A stretch of DNA of 46,623 nt from a virus (Duplodnaviria; Caudoviricetes): the IMG/VR virus record IMGVR_UViG_3300046025_000015, positions 1 through 46,623 of that record; one strand, 5' to 3'. Of the stretch, positions 1 to 8,121 are shown piece after piece. A program made the position numbers and the translations under genes. The notes beneath the pieces are model-generated. The model was not told the DNA's origin and searched no databases. It saw only the letters and a program-made list of their open reading frames with translations. The number at the start of each line of letters is the position of its first letter. The stretch's first letter is position 1.

Positions 1-8
1 TGCGTCAC

Positions 9-347
9 TCATACTCGCCCCCCAGCCGGATTTTCCACACGCTCGCCGAGGGCGGCCGCCGGCAACGCCCCTGTCTCGACGGCCGCGAGATCCGCCTCGC
101 GGAAGACATGCCGGCAGGGGTGGAGCTGGCGGCACTTGATGGCAGCCGAGGGGCGATGCATGGTACGCTCATCAGGCGGGCGTTGGGCCCGCTCTGGGGT
201 CGTCCGATGGATCGTGCCGCCACAATAGGGACAGTACGGGAGGGCTGGGTCAGCGGGTCGCACAGACGAGAGTAGCGACCAGAGCGCGCCACCGAGGGCA
301 CCGATGGCACAGAGGGTCCGTAGGTGAGAGTTCCTGTTAGCTATCAT
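9..347 (-). CDS. CPxCG-type zinc-binding protein with hydrophobic N-terminus
   Basis: ATG at 347 overlaps the end of the upstream gene. Contains CPYCG and a later C-x5-C. Its stop overlaps the next ATG (ATGA at 9-12). Confidence 0.5.
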   Translation of the reverse strand: MIANRNSHLRTLCAIGALGGALWSLLSSVRPADPALPYCPYCGGTIHRTTPERAQRPPDERTMHRPSAAIKCRQLHPCRHVFREADLAAVETGALPAAALGERVENPAGGRV

Positions 348-561
348 TTCTCTCCTCGACACGGTCGATGTCCAGGCGGTCCTCTCCGTCTGGTGTTAGG
401 TTGACTGTGAGCGTGGTCTTCGTTCGGTATCGCTCGATCTCGCGTTCGTTGTAGAGCACAGCCCGGAGCGACACGCCATCGTAGACGTAGGCCAACTCCG
501 ACCGGTCATCGAGGTGTTGTTCCCCGCGTTGGTCTCGCATTTCGTCTTTATCGCTCGTCAT
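337..561 (-). CDS. hypothetical acidic protein (74 aa)
   Basis: Acidic composition. ATGA overlap with the methyltransferase stop codon. Confidence 0.7.
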   Translation of the reverse strand: MTSDKDEMRDQRGEQHLDDRSELAYVYDGVSLRAVLYNEREIERYRTKTTLTVNLTPDGEDRLDIDRVEERNDS

Positions 562-1817
562 GCTTGGCTCCCGAAGGCCGTCAAGGCCTCCTGATCTCCC
601 TCGAGGTCCGTCAGTAGTTCCGGCTCGTCGACTGTCACGCCGACGCGCTTCTGTGCCATCGCCACATACTCGGGGTTCAGTTCGATTCCCACGAACCGGC
701 GTCCAAGTTGCTTTGCTACCAGACAGGTAGTACCCGCCCCGGCAAACGGGTCAAGTACGATTCCTGGAGCTGTCTCGGCGGGGTCACAGTCGCACTGCTG
801 CTCCCACTCACCGACCTCTCGTTCAGGGAGCGTGAAGCCCTCCCTCCGTCCTTGGTGGTTCCCGGTCCGGTCCTTGTAGCCAGTGTCCTCTAAGTCGATG
901 GCGGGGGAGCCACCGGCCACCTCGCGGTTTTTCTCGACCGTTTTTCGGTCGTGAGGAGTCCCGCAGTCCGAACAGACCTTCGGCGGACATGACGACTTGA
1001 TCGGGCGCTCGCACAACTCCGGCGGGTAGACCGCGAAGTGCGCTTCGGGGAACGCCTTAACCGGCACCTCGAAGATGTCTCCGGGGTTCTTCCCGTTCTC
1101 GTGGAGCGCATCCTCGGCATCCATGAGGACGCTCTCGCGTGCGTCCTCGCGAGGCGCAGAGGGGCTTCCGACCCCGGCGGACTCGAAGCAACTCTCCGAG
1201 CGCTCGAGGGAGCTCTCCTTGTGCGGCTCTCGGATCGCGTCAAGGTCGAACCAGTAGTCCGGTTCCGGCGTCAGATGAAACACGAACTCTTTGTGTTCGT
1301 GCAGCCGGTCCTTCACCGGGTGCGGCATGGGATTCGGCTTCGCCCACACCGCGTCCGAGCGCACGAGCCAACCCGCGTCTTCGAGGGCAATAGCAACGCG
1401 GTGAGGGACAAGCATCTTCGACTTCCGACGGAAAGATGACTGGTTGAGTGGGCCGTTGTACGAGTCGCCGTCTTCGCCACTGTAGCGTGCACTACCGTGA
1501 CTCTCCTCTGTCCACTGCCCCCCCGCTCCGCCGCTACCGGCGAACGAATCCCCGAGGTTCAGCCACCAAGAGCCGTCAGGGCGGAGTACGCGCCGCAGTT
1601 CCTCGGCGACATCAACGAGGGTCTGGATGTACTCGTCGAGGCTTTCCTCCAGCCCGATCTGGCCGTTGACTGAGTAGTCTCTGAGGCCATAGTAAGGAGG
1701 AGATGTCATACACATATGAACAGATGACTGTGGCATCGCCTCGAGGACTTCCTCGGCGTCCCCGTGGTGGATATCCTGAGTCCACTCTCCGATAGGTCTG
1801 GTGGGCGTGTCATTCAC
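558..1817 (-). CDS. site-specific DNA methyltransferase, N4-C/N6-A, beta class
   Basis: Catalytic motif IV TSPPY near the N-terminus and SAM-binding motif I DPFAGAGTT near the C-terminus; HFAVYPPEL and GIELNPEY also present. Start refined to GTG 1817 (GGAGGTGG upstream, GTGA overlap). Confidence 0.92.
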   Translation of the reverse strand: MNDTPTRPIGEWTQDIHHGDAEEVLEAMPQSSVHMCMTSPPYYGLRDYSVNGQIGLEESLDEYIQTLVDVAEELRRVLRPDGSWWLNLGDSFAGSGGAGGQWTEESHGSARYSGEDGDSYNGPLNQSSFRRKSKMLVPHRVAIALEDAGWLVRSDAVWAKPNPMPHPVKDRLHEHKEFVFHLTPEPDYWFDLDAIREPHKESSLERSESCFESAGVGSPSAPREDARESVLMDAEDALHENGKNPGDIFEVPVKAFPEAHFAVYPPELCERPIKSSCPPKVCSDCGTPHDRKTVEKNREVAGGSPAIDLEDTGYKDRTGNHQGRREGFTLPEREVGEWEQQCDCDPAETAPGIVLDPFAGAGTTCLVAKQLGRRFVGIELNPEYVAMAQKRVGVTVDEPELLTDLEGDQEALTAFGSQA

Positions 1818-2011
1818 GGCCAACCACCTCCCCCGGGTGGCGCGTGGATAGGCGGGCCTTCTTCGAGTTCTCCCACGTCGTACTCCTCGCCGTTGACCGT
1901 CACCGTACCAGCGTAGGGGTCCACTTCGACAGTCCACTCGGTGTCGAGTCCACCAACCCACTCGACTCGGGTGGGTTCTCCCGTGACGTGTTCGGCGGGC
2001 CTATTCGTCAA
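1814..2011 (-). CDS. hypothetical protein (about 65 aa)
   Basis: Acidic. TTG start overlaps the upstream TGA and is preceded by GGAGGTGG. Confidence 0.55.
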   Translation of the reverse strand: MTNRPAEHVTGEPTRVEWVGGLDTEWTVEVDPYAGTVTVNGEEYDVGELEEGPPIHAPPGGGGWP

Positions 2012-2415
2012 TCCCCGCCACCTCCGATAGACGGTCGCCCCCACCGCTCAACCGGCTCCGAGAGGTCAACGACCACCATCTCGTGCTCCTCGTCGTCGTG
2101 GCGAACGGGGAGTGCCACCGATTCGTCCACCCGTTCGTGCCAAATCCCGTAGTGCGGGAGGACGGAGCGCACAGAGACATTGCCGCCGTGTTCACCGTCA
2201 CGGGAGTAGCTGTACGTTCCCTCCCGCGTCGTCGGTGCGGGTTTGAACGCGAGCTCGTCGGTGTCGTCAGAGACGTAAATCTCGACGTGTTCTACCCCGC
2301 TAAACCAGAGTTGGCCCGCGACTTTGTTGAAACGGATTATCCCGTTCTTGTAGAGTTTCGCGGATGGCTCGCCAGAGTACTCCATCTGGTCGGTGAACTT
2401 CCGCCACTCAGTCAT
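2008..2415 (-). CDS. hypothetical protein (beta-rich, possibly nucleic-acid binding)
   Basis: Acidic ORF in a tightly packed operon. GGAGGTG upstream of ATG 2415. Confidence 0.7.
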   Translation of the reverse strand: MTEWRKFTDQMEYSGEPSAKLYKNGIIRFNKVAGQLWFSGVEHVEIYVSDDTDELAFKPAPTTREGTYSYSRDGEHGGNVSVRSVLPHYGIWHERVDESVALPVRHDDEEHEMVVVDLSEPVERWGRPSIGGGGD

Positions 2416-2572
2416 CGACAACCAGCACCTCCTCGATGTTCGCGGCTAGCGTCTCACCATTCGCCCGCAGATGGTCGATGTATTCGGCTTTCGAGACGCC
2501 GAGGAGACGCACGCCACATTTCGGACACGGGTCGCGGTATGTGCTGTATTCGGCCTCGCTACTCTGCGTCAT
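2408..2572 (-). CDS. CPxCG micro-protein (54 aa), absent from the ORF track
   Basis: Manual translation MTQSSEAEYSTYRDPCPKCGVRLLGVSKAEYIDHLRANGETLAANIEEVLVVDD. Fills the gap and overlaps both neighbours. Confidence 0.75.
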   Translation of the reverse strand: MTQSSEAEYSTYRDPCPKCGVRLLGVSKAEYIDHLRANGETLAANIEEVLVVDD

Positions 2573-2772
2573 AGTTCCGTCTCCTCCGCCGCGAGGACGC
2601 TCCCGGGCGCCAACTGGTACTTGCCCCCGCTCTCGTCCTCGATGTAGTAGGTCGTCCCGTGGAGCGAGTCTATCGTCACCCCGAAGATCGTGCCGACGCG
2701 CTCCTCCCTGTCGATCCCCGGCGGTCGGAACCGGACCCGCCGAGCGGTGTTCTCCGTTGCCGAATCCATCAC
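2569..2772 (-). CDS. hypothetical small protein (possibly SH3-like barrel)
   Basis: GTGA overlap with the upstream stop; acidic (MDSATENT...EETEL). Confidence 0.65.
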   Translation of the reverse strand: MMDSATENTARRVRFRPPGIDREERVGTIFGVTIDSLHGTTYYIEDESGGKYQLAPGSVLAAEETEL

Positions 2773-3113
2773 GAATCGCCTCCTGATCCTGAGTAGCACC
2801 GCAGATGGTACTGACCGTTGACGATCACCGCGTCCCACTCGATGCACTGGCCGCAGCCAGCGCAGCACTCACCGACGCCGTCTCGATCGGGTAAGACGGC
2901 CTCTCGCCACAACCGCTCGGGAATAAACTGTGTCGACGGGTACCGATCCCCCGACCACACCTTGTACCGGGTCCCCTCGTCGTCGAAGGCGAATGAGGCT
3001 TTCCTGTCCCCGTTGTACGGCGGAAACTCATCGACGTGCATCGCGTCGTCGGGGTCATACGGATCGGAAGGCCCCGCAGTCGTGCAAGATTCGGCCTCGG
3101 TGCCCTGCGTCAC
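2769..3113 (-). CDS. hypothetical protein with C-terminal Cys/His cluster
   Basis: CCAGCGQC...HLRC; GTGA coupling with the upstream gene. Confidence 0.7.
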   Translation of the reverse strand: MTQGTEAESCTTAGPSDPYDPDDAMHVDEFPPYNGDRKASFAFDDEGTRYKVWSGDRYPSTQFIPERLWREAVLPDRDGVGECCAGCGQCIEWDAVIVNGQYHLRCYSGSGGDS

Positions 3114-3274
3114 AGGTCATCCCTCCCGCCATCGAGGACGTGGGGCTCCCGTTCCGTCCGGTGGGCCTTCTTCTCGTGCTGTCTTCGGTACGCCAGTTGC
3201 GAGAACGTGGCGTCGCAGAAGCGACACTCCCAGCCCTCGTCGTGCTCCGTTGCCGTACTCTTCGAGTCAGTCAT
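3110..3274 (-). CDS. C2H2 zinc-finger micro-protein (54 aa), absent from the ORF track
   Basis: Manual translation MTDSKSTATEHDEGWECRFCDATFSQLAYRRQHEKKAHRTEREPHVLDGGRDDL, which has C-x2-C-x12-H-x4-H spacing. Confidence 0.8.
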   Translation of the reverse strand: MTDSKSTATEHDEGWECRFCDATFSQLAYRRQHEKKAHRTEREPHVLDGGRDDL

Positions 3275-4928
3275 CGGCTGTCACCTCGTCGTAGGACGGG
3301 ACGCCGGCGCCACCATCGTCCGAGATGCCGCCGCCGTAGGTCCCGAGGTCCGGGTCGCCAGGCGTGAGCGCGTGGGTACACAACGCCTTCGCCATGTTCA
3401 CCGGGACAGCGTTCCCGATCTGCTCGGTTCGGTTCTGTTTTGTCCCGACGATCTCGTAGTCGGCCGGGAAGCCCTGCGCTTGCTTGAGTTCATCCGGCTG
3501 GAGCATCCGATAGCGAATATCGAGTCCCCAGGGCCACATCTCCGGGACGCAGAGCGCGAAGCGGTCCCGGGAGGTAACCGTCCCGAGCGGCTGGTCGAGG
3601 GGCTTCGCGGGACCCTCGTAGTCGTCGATGAACGGCCGGACGATAGGGTTGGAGAGCGCGAACACGCCACCCTTCTCCGTGGCGATGGTCGGCATCGGGT
3701 CCGACACCGAGAGCGCAGCGCCGCCGTGCGAGTACCGGATCAGCGACGGCGTCACGAGTTTTGCCCGTGGGTCCGACGTCACCGTGTGGAACGGCTGGTC
3801 GGCCGGCTCGTACAGCGAGTTGCTGTGGAGTCCGCCGTGGATGCCGTTCTTTGGTTTGACCAGCGTGTGCGCCTCCGCCGTATAGACGGCGTGTCCCCCA
3901 TGCGTGGCGATCGTCGGGACCGGCGAGTCTGCGACGTCTATGGGGTGCGCTCCATCCTGCTGCCGGAGGAGATGGGTCGTCGTCCCAGCGGCGGTGCCTG
4001 GAACGCGGACCAGGAACGGCTCATCGAGGTCCGCCGCGAACGCCTCGGCGTGTTCCGCGGGGACGATGGGCTGCTCGCGCAGGGCACGAATCTCTGGCTT
4101 GCCCATCTCCGCGAGCGCGTCCGCGAACGGTTCGATAGCCGGCGAGCAGTGGCGCCGAAGCCCCTCCGCGATCCGCTGCATCGTCGTGTCCTTCGGGGGC
4201 GAGTGGACGCGGGGCTCGGTGAGATCGCGGGTGAAGATGGAACTCCCGAGGTCCGCCCAGTCGATGATGTCCGCGGCCGTGCGACGGTCGGCGAGGTCGG
4301 CATCGGCGCCGTGCGTCGGGTCGGGGAACGACGCCTTGCCATCCCGACGGCCGGTGATGAAGAACCGCTCTCGCGTCGTAGGGTCGCCGAAGTCCGCCGC
4401 CGTGAGTTCCGTCCACTCGACGGCGTAGCCGAGCTGGTTCAGCGCGTTCACCCAGGCGTCGAAGATCGACCCGTCCCGGACCGGCTGCCCGTCCTCGTCG
4501 ACGGGCCCCCAGTTCTGGATCTCGGGGACGTTCTCGATGACAAACGCGTCGACGTTCAGTTTCTCCAGCCAGTTGAGGATGTGCCAGGGGCTCATCCGCT
4601 TCTGCTCGGAGACGGGTTTGCCCCCACGGGCCCGCGAAAAGTGCGTGCACTCGGGCCCGCCGACGAGGAGATCGACGTCCGGCCGGTCGGCATCGTCGTC
4701 GGTGAGGCGCTTGACGACGTCCGGCGGGTGGAGTTGTTCGACCTTCGAGTGGTACTGGTGCGCGTCGGGGTGGTTCGCCTCGTGGGTTTCGACGGCGCGG
4801 TCCCAGTGGTTGACGGCAGCTTCCCGGAGTTCGTAGCCGAGGTCGTCGCAGGCCTGGCGAAGCCCCTCGGAGAAGCCCCCAGCCCCGCAGAACAGGTCGA
4901 CCGCGGTGACGGTAGAGCCCGCACTCAT
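3267..4928 (-). CDS. DNA (cytosine-5)-methyltransferase
   Basis: Motif I DLFCGAGG, catalytic GGPEC, ENVPE, R-x-R (TRERFF) and C-terminal QIGNAV. Confidence 0.95.
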   Translation of the reverse strand: MSAGSTVTAVDLFCGAGGFSEGLRQACDDLGYELREAAVNHWDRAVETHEANHPDAHQYHSKVEQLHPPDVVKRLTDDDADRPDVDLLVGGPECTHFSRARGGKPVSEQKRMSPWHILNWLEKLNVDAFVIENVPEIQNWGPVDEDGQPVRDGSIFDAWVNALNQLGYAVEWTELTAADFGDPTTRERFFITGRRDGKASFPDPTHGADADLADRRTAADIIDWADLGSSIFTRDLTEPRVHSPPKDTTMQRIAEGLRRHCSPAIEPFADALAEMGKPEIRALREQPIVPAEHAEAFAADLDEPFLVRVPGTAAGTTTHLLRQQDGAHPIDVADSPVPTIATHGGHAVYTAEAHTLVKPKNGIHGGLHSNSLYEPADQPFHTVTSDPRAKLVTPSLIRYSHGGAALSVSDPMPTIATEKGGVFALSNPIVRPFIDDYEGPAKPLDQPLGTVTSRDRFALCVPEMWPWGLDIRYRMLQPDELKQAQGFPADYEIVGTKQNRTEQIGNAVPVNMAKALCTHALTPGDPDLGTYGGGISDDGGAGVPSYDEVTADD

Positions 4929-4930
4929 GT

Positions 4931-5293
4931 CTATCGCGCCTCCGTGAGCGTCGCCTGCTCGCCCAGGTCGATCGCGTTCGAGATCCCGAACGCGTGTTCG
5001 ACGCGCCGGCAGTCGTTGTGCTCATCCAGCGAGTCCTCGCCGAACCACTCGGCCTGGAGATAGTCGCTGTACTCATCGGACGACGTTGTGAACTCCATGA
5101 CCTTGTTGTGCGGCCAGAATCGGGTCCAGACGAAGTCCTTGTAGTCGTCGTCGCGGTCGATCCAGCCGTAGATGTCGACGTACTGGTGGTCGGACATCTC
5201 GCCGACGGTGAATCGATCCCACTCGACGACCGGCACCATTTCGAGGTGCCGGGCTATCCAGTCTTTCTTCTTGACCGGCGTTTTCTCACTCAT
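4931..5293 (-). CDS. hypothetical acidic protein (120 aa)
   Basis: Acidic and Trp-rich; in operon context. Confidence 0.75.
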   Translation of the reverse strand: MSEKTPVKKKDWIARHLEMVPVVEWDRFTVGEMSDHQYVDIYGWIDRDDDYKDFVWTRFWPHNKVMEFTTSSDEYSDYLQAEWFGEDSLDEHNDCRRVEHAFGISNAIDLGEQATLTEAR

Positions 5294-5420
5294 CCCGAAT
5301 CACCCCGTCGCAGTCCGTGCAGACGGTGAGTTCGATGGGACCGACCCCAATATCGTCCCGCTCAGGGGCGTCGCACTCGCAGATAGGTTCCCGGCCGCTG
5401 TGGTCCTCACTCTCACTCAT
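5286..5420 (-). CDS. Cys-rich micro-protein (44 aa), absent from the ORF track
   Basis: MSESEDHSGREPICECDAPERDDIGVGPIELTVCTDCDGVIRDE (CxC...CxxC); overlaps both neighbours. Confidence 0.65.
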   Translation of the reverse strand: MSESEDHSGREPICECDAPERDDIGVGPIELTVCTDCDGVIRDE

Positions 5421-5553
5421 CGGAGCCACCCCCGAATCGGTCGTTTGACAGGAGGATATCAGCGTGCTCGTGGCACCACTGGCACGTGTGGTACGCCGAG
5501 CAGCTGCAATTCGACAAGTCGAGATCCTCGATGGACTTCTCAGACGTGTCCAT
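5413..5553 (-). CDS. Cys-rich micro-protein (46 aa), absent from the ORF track
   Basis: MDTSEKSIEDLDLSNCSCSAYHTCQWCHEHADILLSNDRFGGGSDE (CxC...CxxC). Confidence 0.65.
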   Translation of the reverse strand: MDTSEKSIEDLDLSNCSCSAYHTCQWCHEHADILLSNDRFGGGSDE

Positions 5554-5556
5554 CAG

Positions 5557-5676
5557 TTAGACCCTCCCCTCGTGGATGCACACCAAGCAGTACCGATCGT
5601 CGTGCTCTGCGAACATTTCCCCACCGCAGCGAGGGCAGGTCCGCTCGCAGAGGTCGTCCATGCTACTCTGCGTCAT
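5557..5676 (-). CDS. CPxCG micro-protein (39 aa)
   Basis: MTQSSMDDLCERTCPRCGGEMFAEHDDRYCLVCIHEGRV; ATGA overlap at 5673-5676. Confidence 0.75.
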   Translation of the reverse strand: MTQSSMDDLCERTCPRCGGEMFAEHDDRYCLVCIHEGRV

Positions 5677-5960
5677 CTGTCGGGTTCCATCTCCGCGTAC
5701 TGCTGGTGCATCGGTTTTTGACCCGGCGGCCCCGTGGGCTGCTGTTCGGCGTACCAGCCAAGCAGTGCGCACCCGACCGCCTCGGCGACCTCCTCGTCAG
5801 CAGGCATTCGAATCTCGGCGGATTTTACCGGGGCGTCTGTTGGTTCGCCATCAAGGCCCTGGAACTGGCGTTCGCGGTGTGTCGTAACGGTGAGAATGCC
5901 ATCATTCTCGGTTACGTCAACGTCTATATCGTCTCCCGACTCCGTGTTCTTGGTACTCAT
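5673..5960 (-). CDS. hypothetical acidic protein (95 aa)
   Basis: Acidic; ATGA coupling at both ends. Confidence 0.7.
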   Translation of the reverse strand: MSTKNTESGDDIDVDVTENDGILTVTTHRERQFQGLDGEPTDAPVKSAEIRMPADEEVAEAVGCALLGWYAEQQPTGPPGQKPMHQQYAEMEPDR

Positions 5961-6070
5961 ATTTCTAAATCCTCTTTGGTGATGTCCTCACGCCGGAGCG
6001 CGAGGACGTCGACGTCGTCTTCAATCTCACCGCACTCGCGGCACGTTACTCTGTATCGAAATCGTGCCAT
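5957..6070 (-). CDS. CxxC micro-protein (37 aa), first gene of the leftward operon
   Basis: MARFRYRVTCRECGEIEDDVDVLALRREDITKEDLEI; its stop overlaps the next ATG. Confidence 0.55.
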   Translation of the reverse strand: MARFRYRVTCRECGEIEDDVDVLALRREDITKEDLEI

Positions 6071-6173
6071 ATCGCATACTAACGGCTCCAGAAACATAAT
6101 TCTATGGAATGCTTATAGTAGTCCAATTGTACCCAAAGAGTTAGTGCATAACGGAACGAACATGGCGGTATAG
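6071..6173. promoter_or_regulatory. AT-rich divergent promoter region (candidate lysis/lysogeny switch)
   Basis: Non-coding and AT-rich, between the leftward operon and a rightward wHTH gene. TATA-like CTATAAG on the minus strand at 6112-6118. Confidence 0.6.
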
Positions 6174-6416
6174 ATGGCGGTACAGAATACGATGGTCAAC
6201 GAGAACTACGAGCCCAATGCACACGAGGAACGAGTATTGGAGTTCGTGAAGTCAGAACCCTGTGGTCGCGTGACGAACCGCTACGTCCGAGAAGAGATCT
6301 CGATGGCCGCCGAGCGCGTTGATCCGGCGCTGAACAATCTCGAAAAGGCAGGGTGGGTCAAGCGACTCACACGCGGTTTCTACGAGCTGGTGGAGGATCC
6401 ACGGGAGGAAGAATGA
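6174..6416 (+). CDS. winged helix-turn-helix regulator (repressor candidate)
   Basis: Typical wHTH pattern (VLEFVK...VREEI...VDPALNNLEKAGWVKRLTRGFYEL); divergent from the early operon. Confidence 0.75.
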   Translation: MAVQNTMVNENYEPNAHEERVLEFVKSEPCGRVTNRYVREEISMAAERVDPALNNLEKAGWVKRLTRGFYELVEDPREEE

Positions 6417-6859
6417 GCACCGACTATCGCAGCCAAGCCGGCAGAGACCGGCTGGAATTAATTCTGGCAGTCCTGTTCGATGAAGCTCCGCACGCCCTGG
6501 ACGGTCGTGCCTACGTCCAGAAGCTCACGTTCCTGCTCCAGCAAGAGGCCGACACCCGTGGATTCGTGTTCGAACCGTACGATTACGGTCCGTTCAGCCG
6601 CGACCTCTACAGCACGCTGGACTACCTCATTGAGAACGACTACGTCACTGAACGCGAGGAAGAACGCGAGAACGGCCAGATTCGCTACTGCTACGAGGGC
6701 GGATCGCGGATGGAAAAAGTGTTCGGCCACGGCGACCACGACGATCTCCGCGACGCCGCGCAGACAGTCTTCGACGAGTACCCGACCGACGACCTCGGCG
6801 AGCTGCTGGAGCAGGTCTACTCGGAGTACCCCGCGATGGCGCGGAATTCCGTCTACTGA
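6413..6859 (+). CDS. SocA/Panacea (DUF4065)/YwgA-like antitoxin-type protein
   Basis: QKLTFLL...F.PYDYGPFSRDLY signature; ATGA overlap with the wHTH gene. Confidence 0.65.
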   Translation: MSTDYRSQAGRDRLELILAVLFDEAPHALDGRAYVQKLTFLLQQEADTRGFVFEPYDYGPFSRDLYSTLDYLIENDYVTEREEERENGQIRYCYEGGSRMEKVFGHGDHDDLRDAAQTVFDEYPTDDLGELLEQVYSEYPAMARNSVY

Positions 6860-7218
6860 CTGTCGGTTCCGTTGCCGTCGGCGCCGATATAGGCACCGAG
6901 CGCGTCGTAGAGGTGGACGAACCCCTCGACAGGCTCCTCGCCGTGCCGCGCCCGGTACATCGACGTATTGCCGGCCGTCCGCGTTTCCTCGATGAACCCG
7001 TAGGCCTCCAACAGGTCGCGGTTATCGTACCAAGTCCGACGCGCAATCCCGGCCATCTCGCAGATGTCTCCGGGTGCGAAGTCCTGGGGGCCGCCGTCGA
7101 CCAGCGCCGTGATGATCCGCACGACAGCCGGGTTGCTGAACAGTTCGACCACGGGCTCGTCCCCATAGTGGTCGGCCGATTCCGCGTCCTCGATGGCATC
7201 AGTCTCGTTCTGCGCCAT
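6853..7218 (-). CDS. ArsR-like winged helix-turn-helix protein
   Basis: LF...VRIITAL...DICEMAGIARRTWY...L...GFIEETR...MYR. TATA about 27 nt upstream suggests a leaderless transcript. Confidence 0.8.
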   Translation of the reverse strand: MAQNETDAIEDAESADHYGDEPVVELFSNPAVVRIITALVDGGPQDFAPGDICEMAGIARRTWYDNRDLLEAYGFIEETRTAGNTSMYRARHGEEPVEGFVHLYDALGAYIGADGNGTDSQ

Positions 7219-7330
7219 ACTACATCTATTGCACCCCCTCCACCTTATATCTTGTGTCTGAAGACACAGACTGTAAATCTGAATGCAAAAGTATAAGTAC
7301 CCACGGGCTGTATACTCAAATGCACAAGAG
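7219..7330. promoter_or_regulatory. divergent promoters with a palindromic operator
   Basis: GATATAAG on the minus strand (about 7245-7252), GCAAAAGTATAAGTA on the plus strand (7286-7300), and palindrome TGTGTCT-GA-AGACACA at 7254-7269 between them. Confidence 0.6.
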
Positions 7331-7385
7331 AGGGAACACCCCTCCACGGGCGCCAGCCCGTTGGCAGTGCGGAGGTGAGCAAGAC

Positions 7386-7694
7386 ATGGCAACCGACGAC
7401 GAACTGAAAGCGACGATGGCGATCAAGATGTGGCGGCTCTTCAAGCGCGGCAAGACGCCCGCGCCTGTCGACCAGGTTGTCTCGCAAGGGATCCGAGCGA
7501 GCGACCGCGGCCGTGCGAAGGACCTCGTTGCAGAGATGTGTGACGACGACTCAGCGCCGATTCGATGGGATGCGAAGTCCCACGGGACTGTGGCACTCGC
7601 CGGCGGGGACGAAAACGAAAACCGTGGCTGGGTGCGTTCGTGGGCACTTCGCCACGGCACAACCGAGGATGACCTTCCCTGGGGTCTGAGGTAG
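7386..7694 (+). CDS. hypothetical protein (102 aa)
   Basis: GGAGGTGA at 7371-7378; oligo-T tract after the stop (7746-7756). Confidence 0.7.
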   Translation: MATDDELKATMAIKMWRLFKRGKTPAPVDQVVSQGIRASDRGRAKDLVAEMCDDDSAPIRWDAKSHGTVALAGGDENENRGWVRSWALRHGTTEDDLPWGLR

Positions 7695-7761
7695 TCGCCC
7701 CCTCCCCAGGGGAGCCACCCGAGAATAGGATCGGTCTCAGACTACTTTCTTTCTTTGGATG

Positions 7762-8064
7762 CTAAATACTGAATGCTGAATAGGATTCTGCGACTTCTCG
7801 TCTCACGTTGCTTCCGGTGTTCTCACTCACCTTGGTTCTCAACACCATTCGGTAGACATGACAGATGATTTCACTGAGCGATGCAGTCGCGACGGCAATC
7901 GCCGTCATTATTCCAGCGGGGAGTCCGTTCAGAGCCGCAAGGGACTCCAACAAGAGTGCCAGTACGAGTGCAATCCCCAAGAGTCGCGGGCCGATCCAGT
8001 CAACGACCTGGGCCACCCGCGATGCAATCGCATCCATCTGCCGTTGGATCAGTTTCATTTTCAC
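7762..8064 (-). CDS. putative small membrane protein
   Basis: Two hydrophobic stretches; start uncertain. Confidence 0.4.
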   Translation of the reverse strand: MKMKLIQRQMDAIASRVAQVVDWIGPRLLGIALVLALLLESLAALNGLPAGIMTAIAVATASLSEIICHVYRMVLRTKVSENTGSNVRREVAESYSAFSI

Positions 8065-8121
8065 GGCCCCTTCTCCGCCCAGATGCGTAATCTTTTCTGA
8101 ATACGCTGTATGCGGGAGCGC

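Noticed and set aside
1-8. Fourth copy of the shared start motif (GTGACGCA)
   Set aside because: Cut by the window edge, and the likelier start is the ATG at 12 in another frame.
3036-5063. Long plus-strand ORFs here and at 8611-9963, 13635-15671, 29603-31549 and 40289-41923
   Set aside because: Arg/Gly/Val-rich antisense shadows of well-supported minus-strand genes; expected in high-GC DNA.
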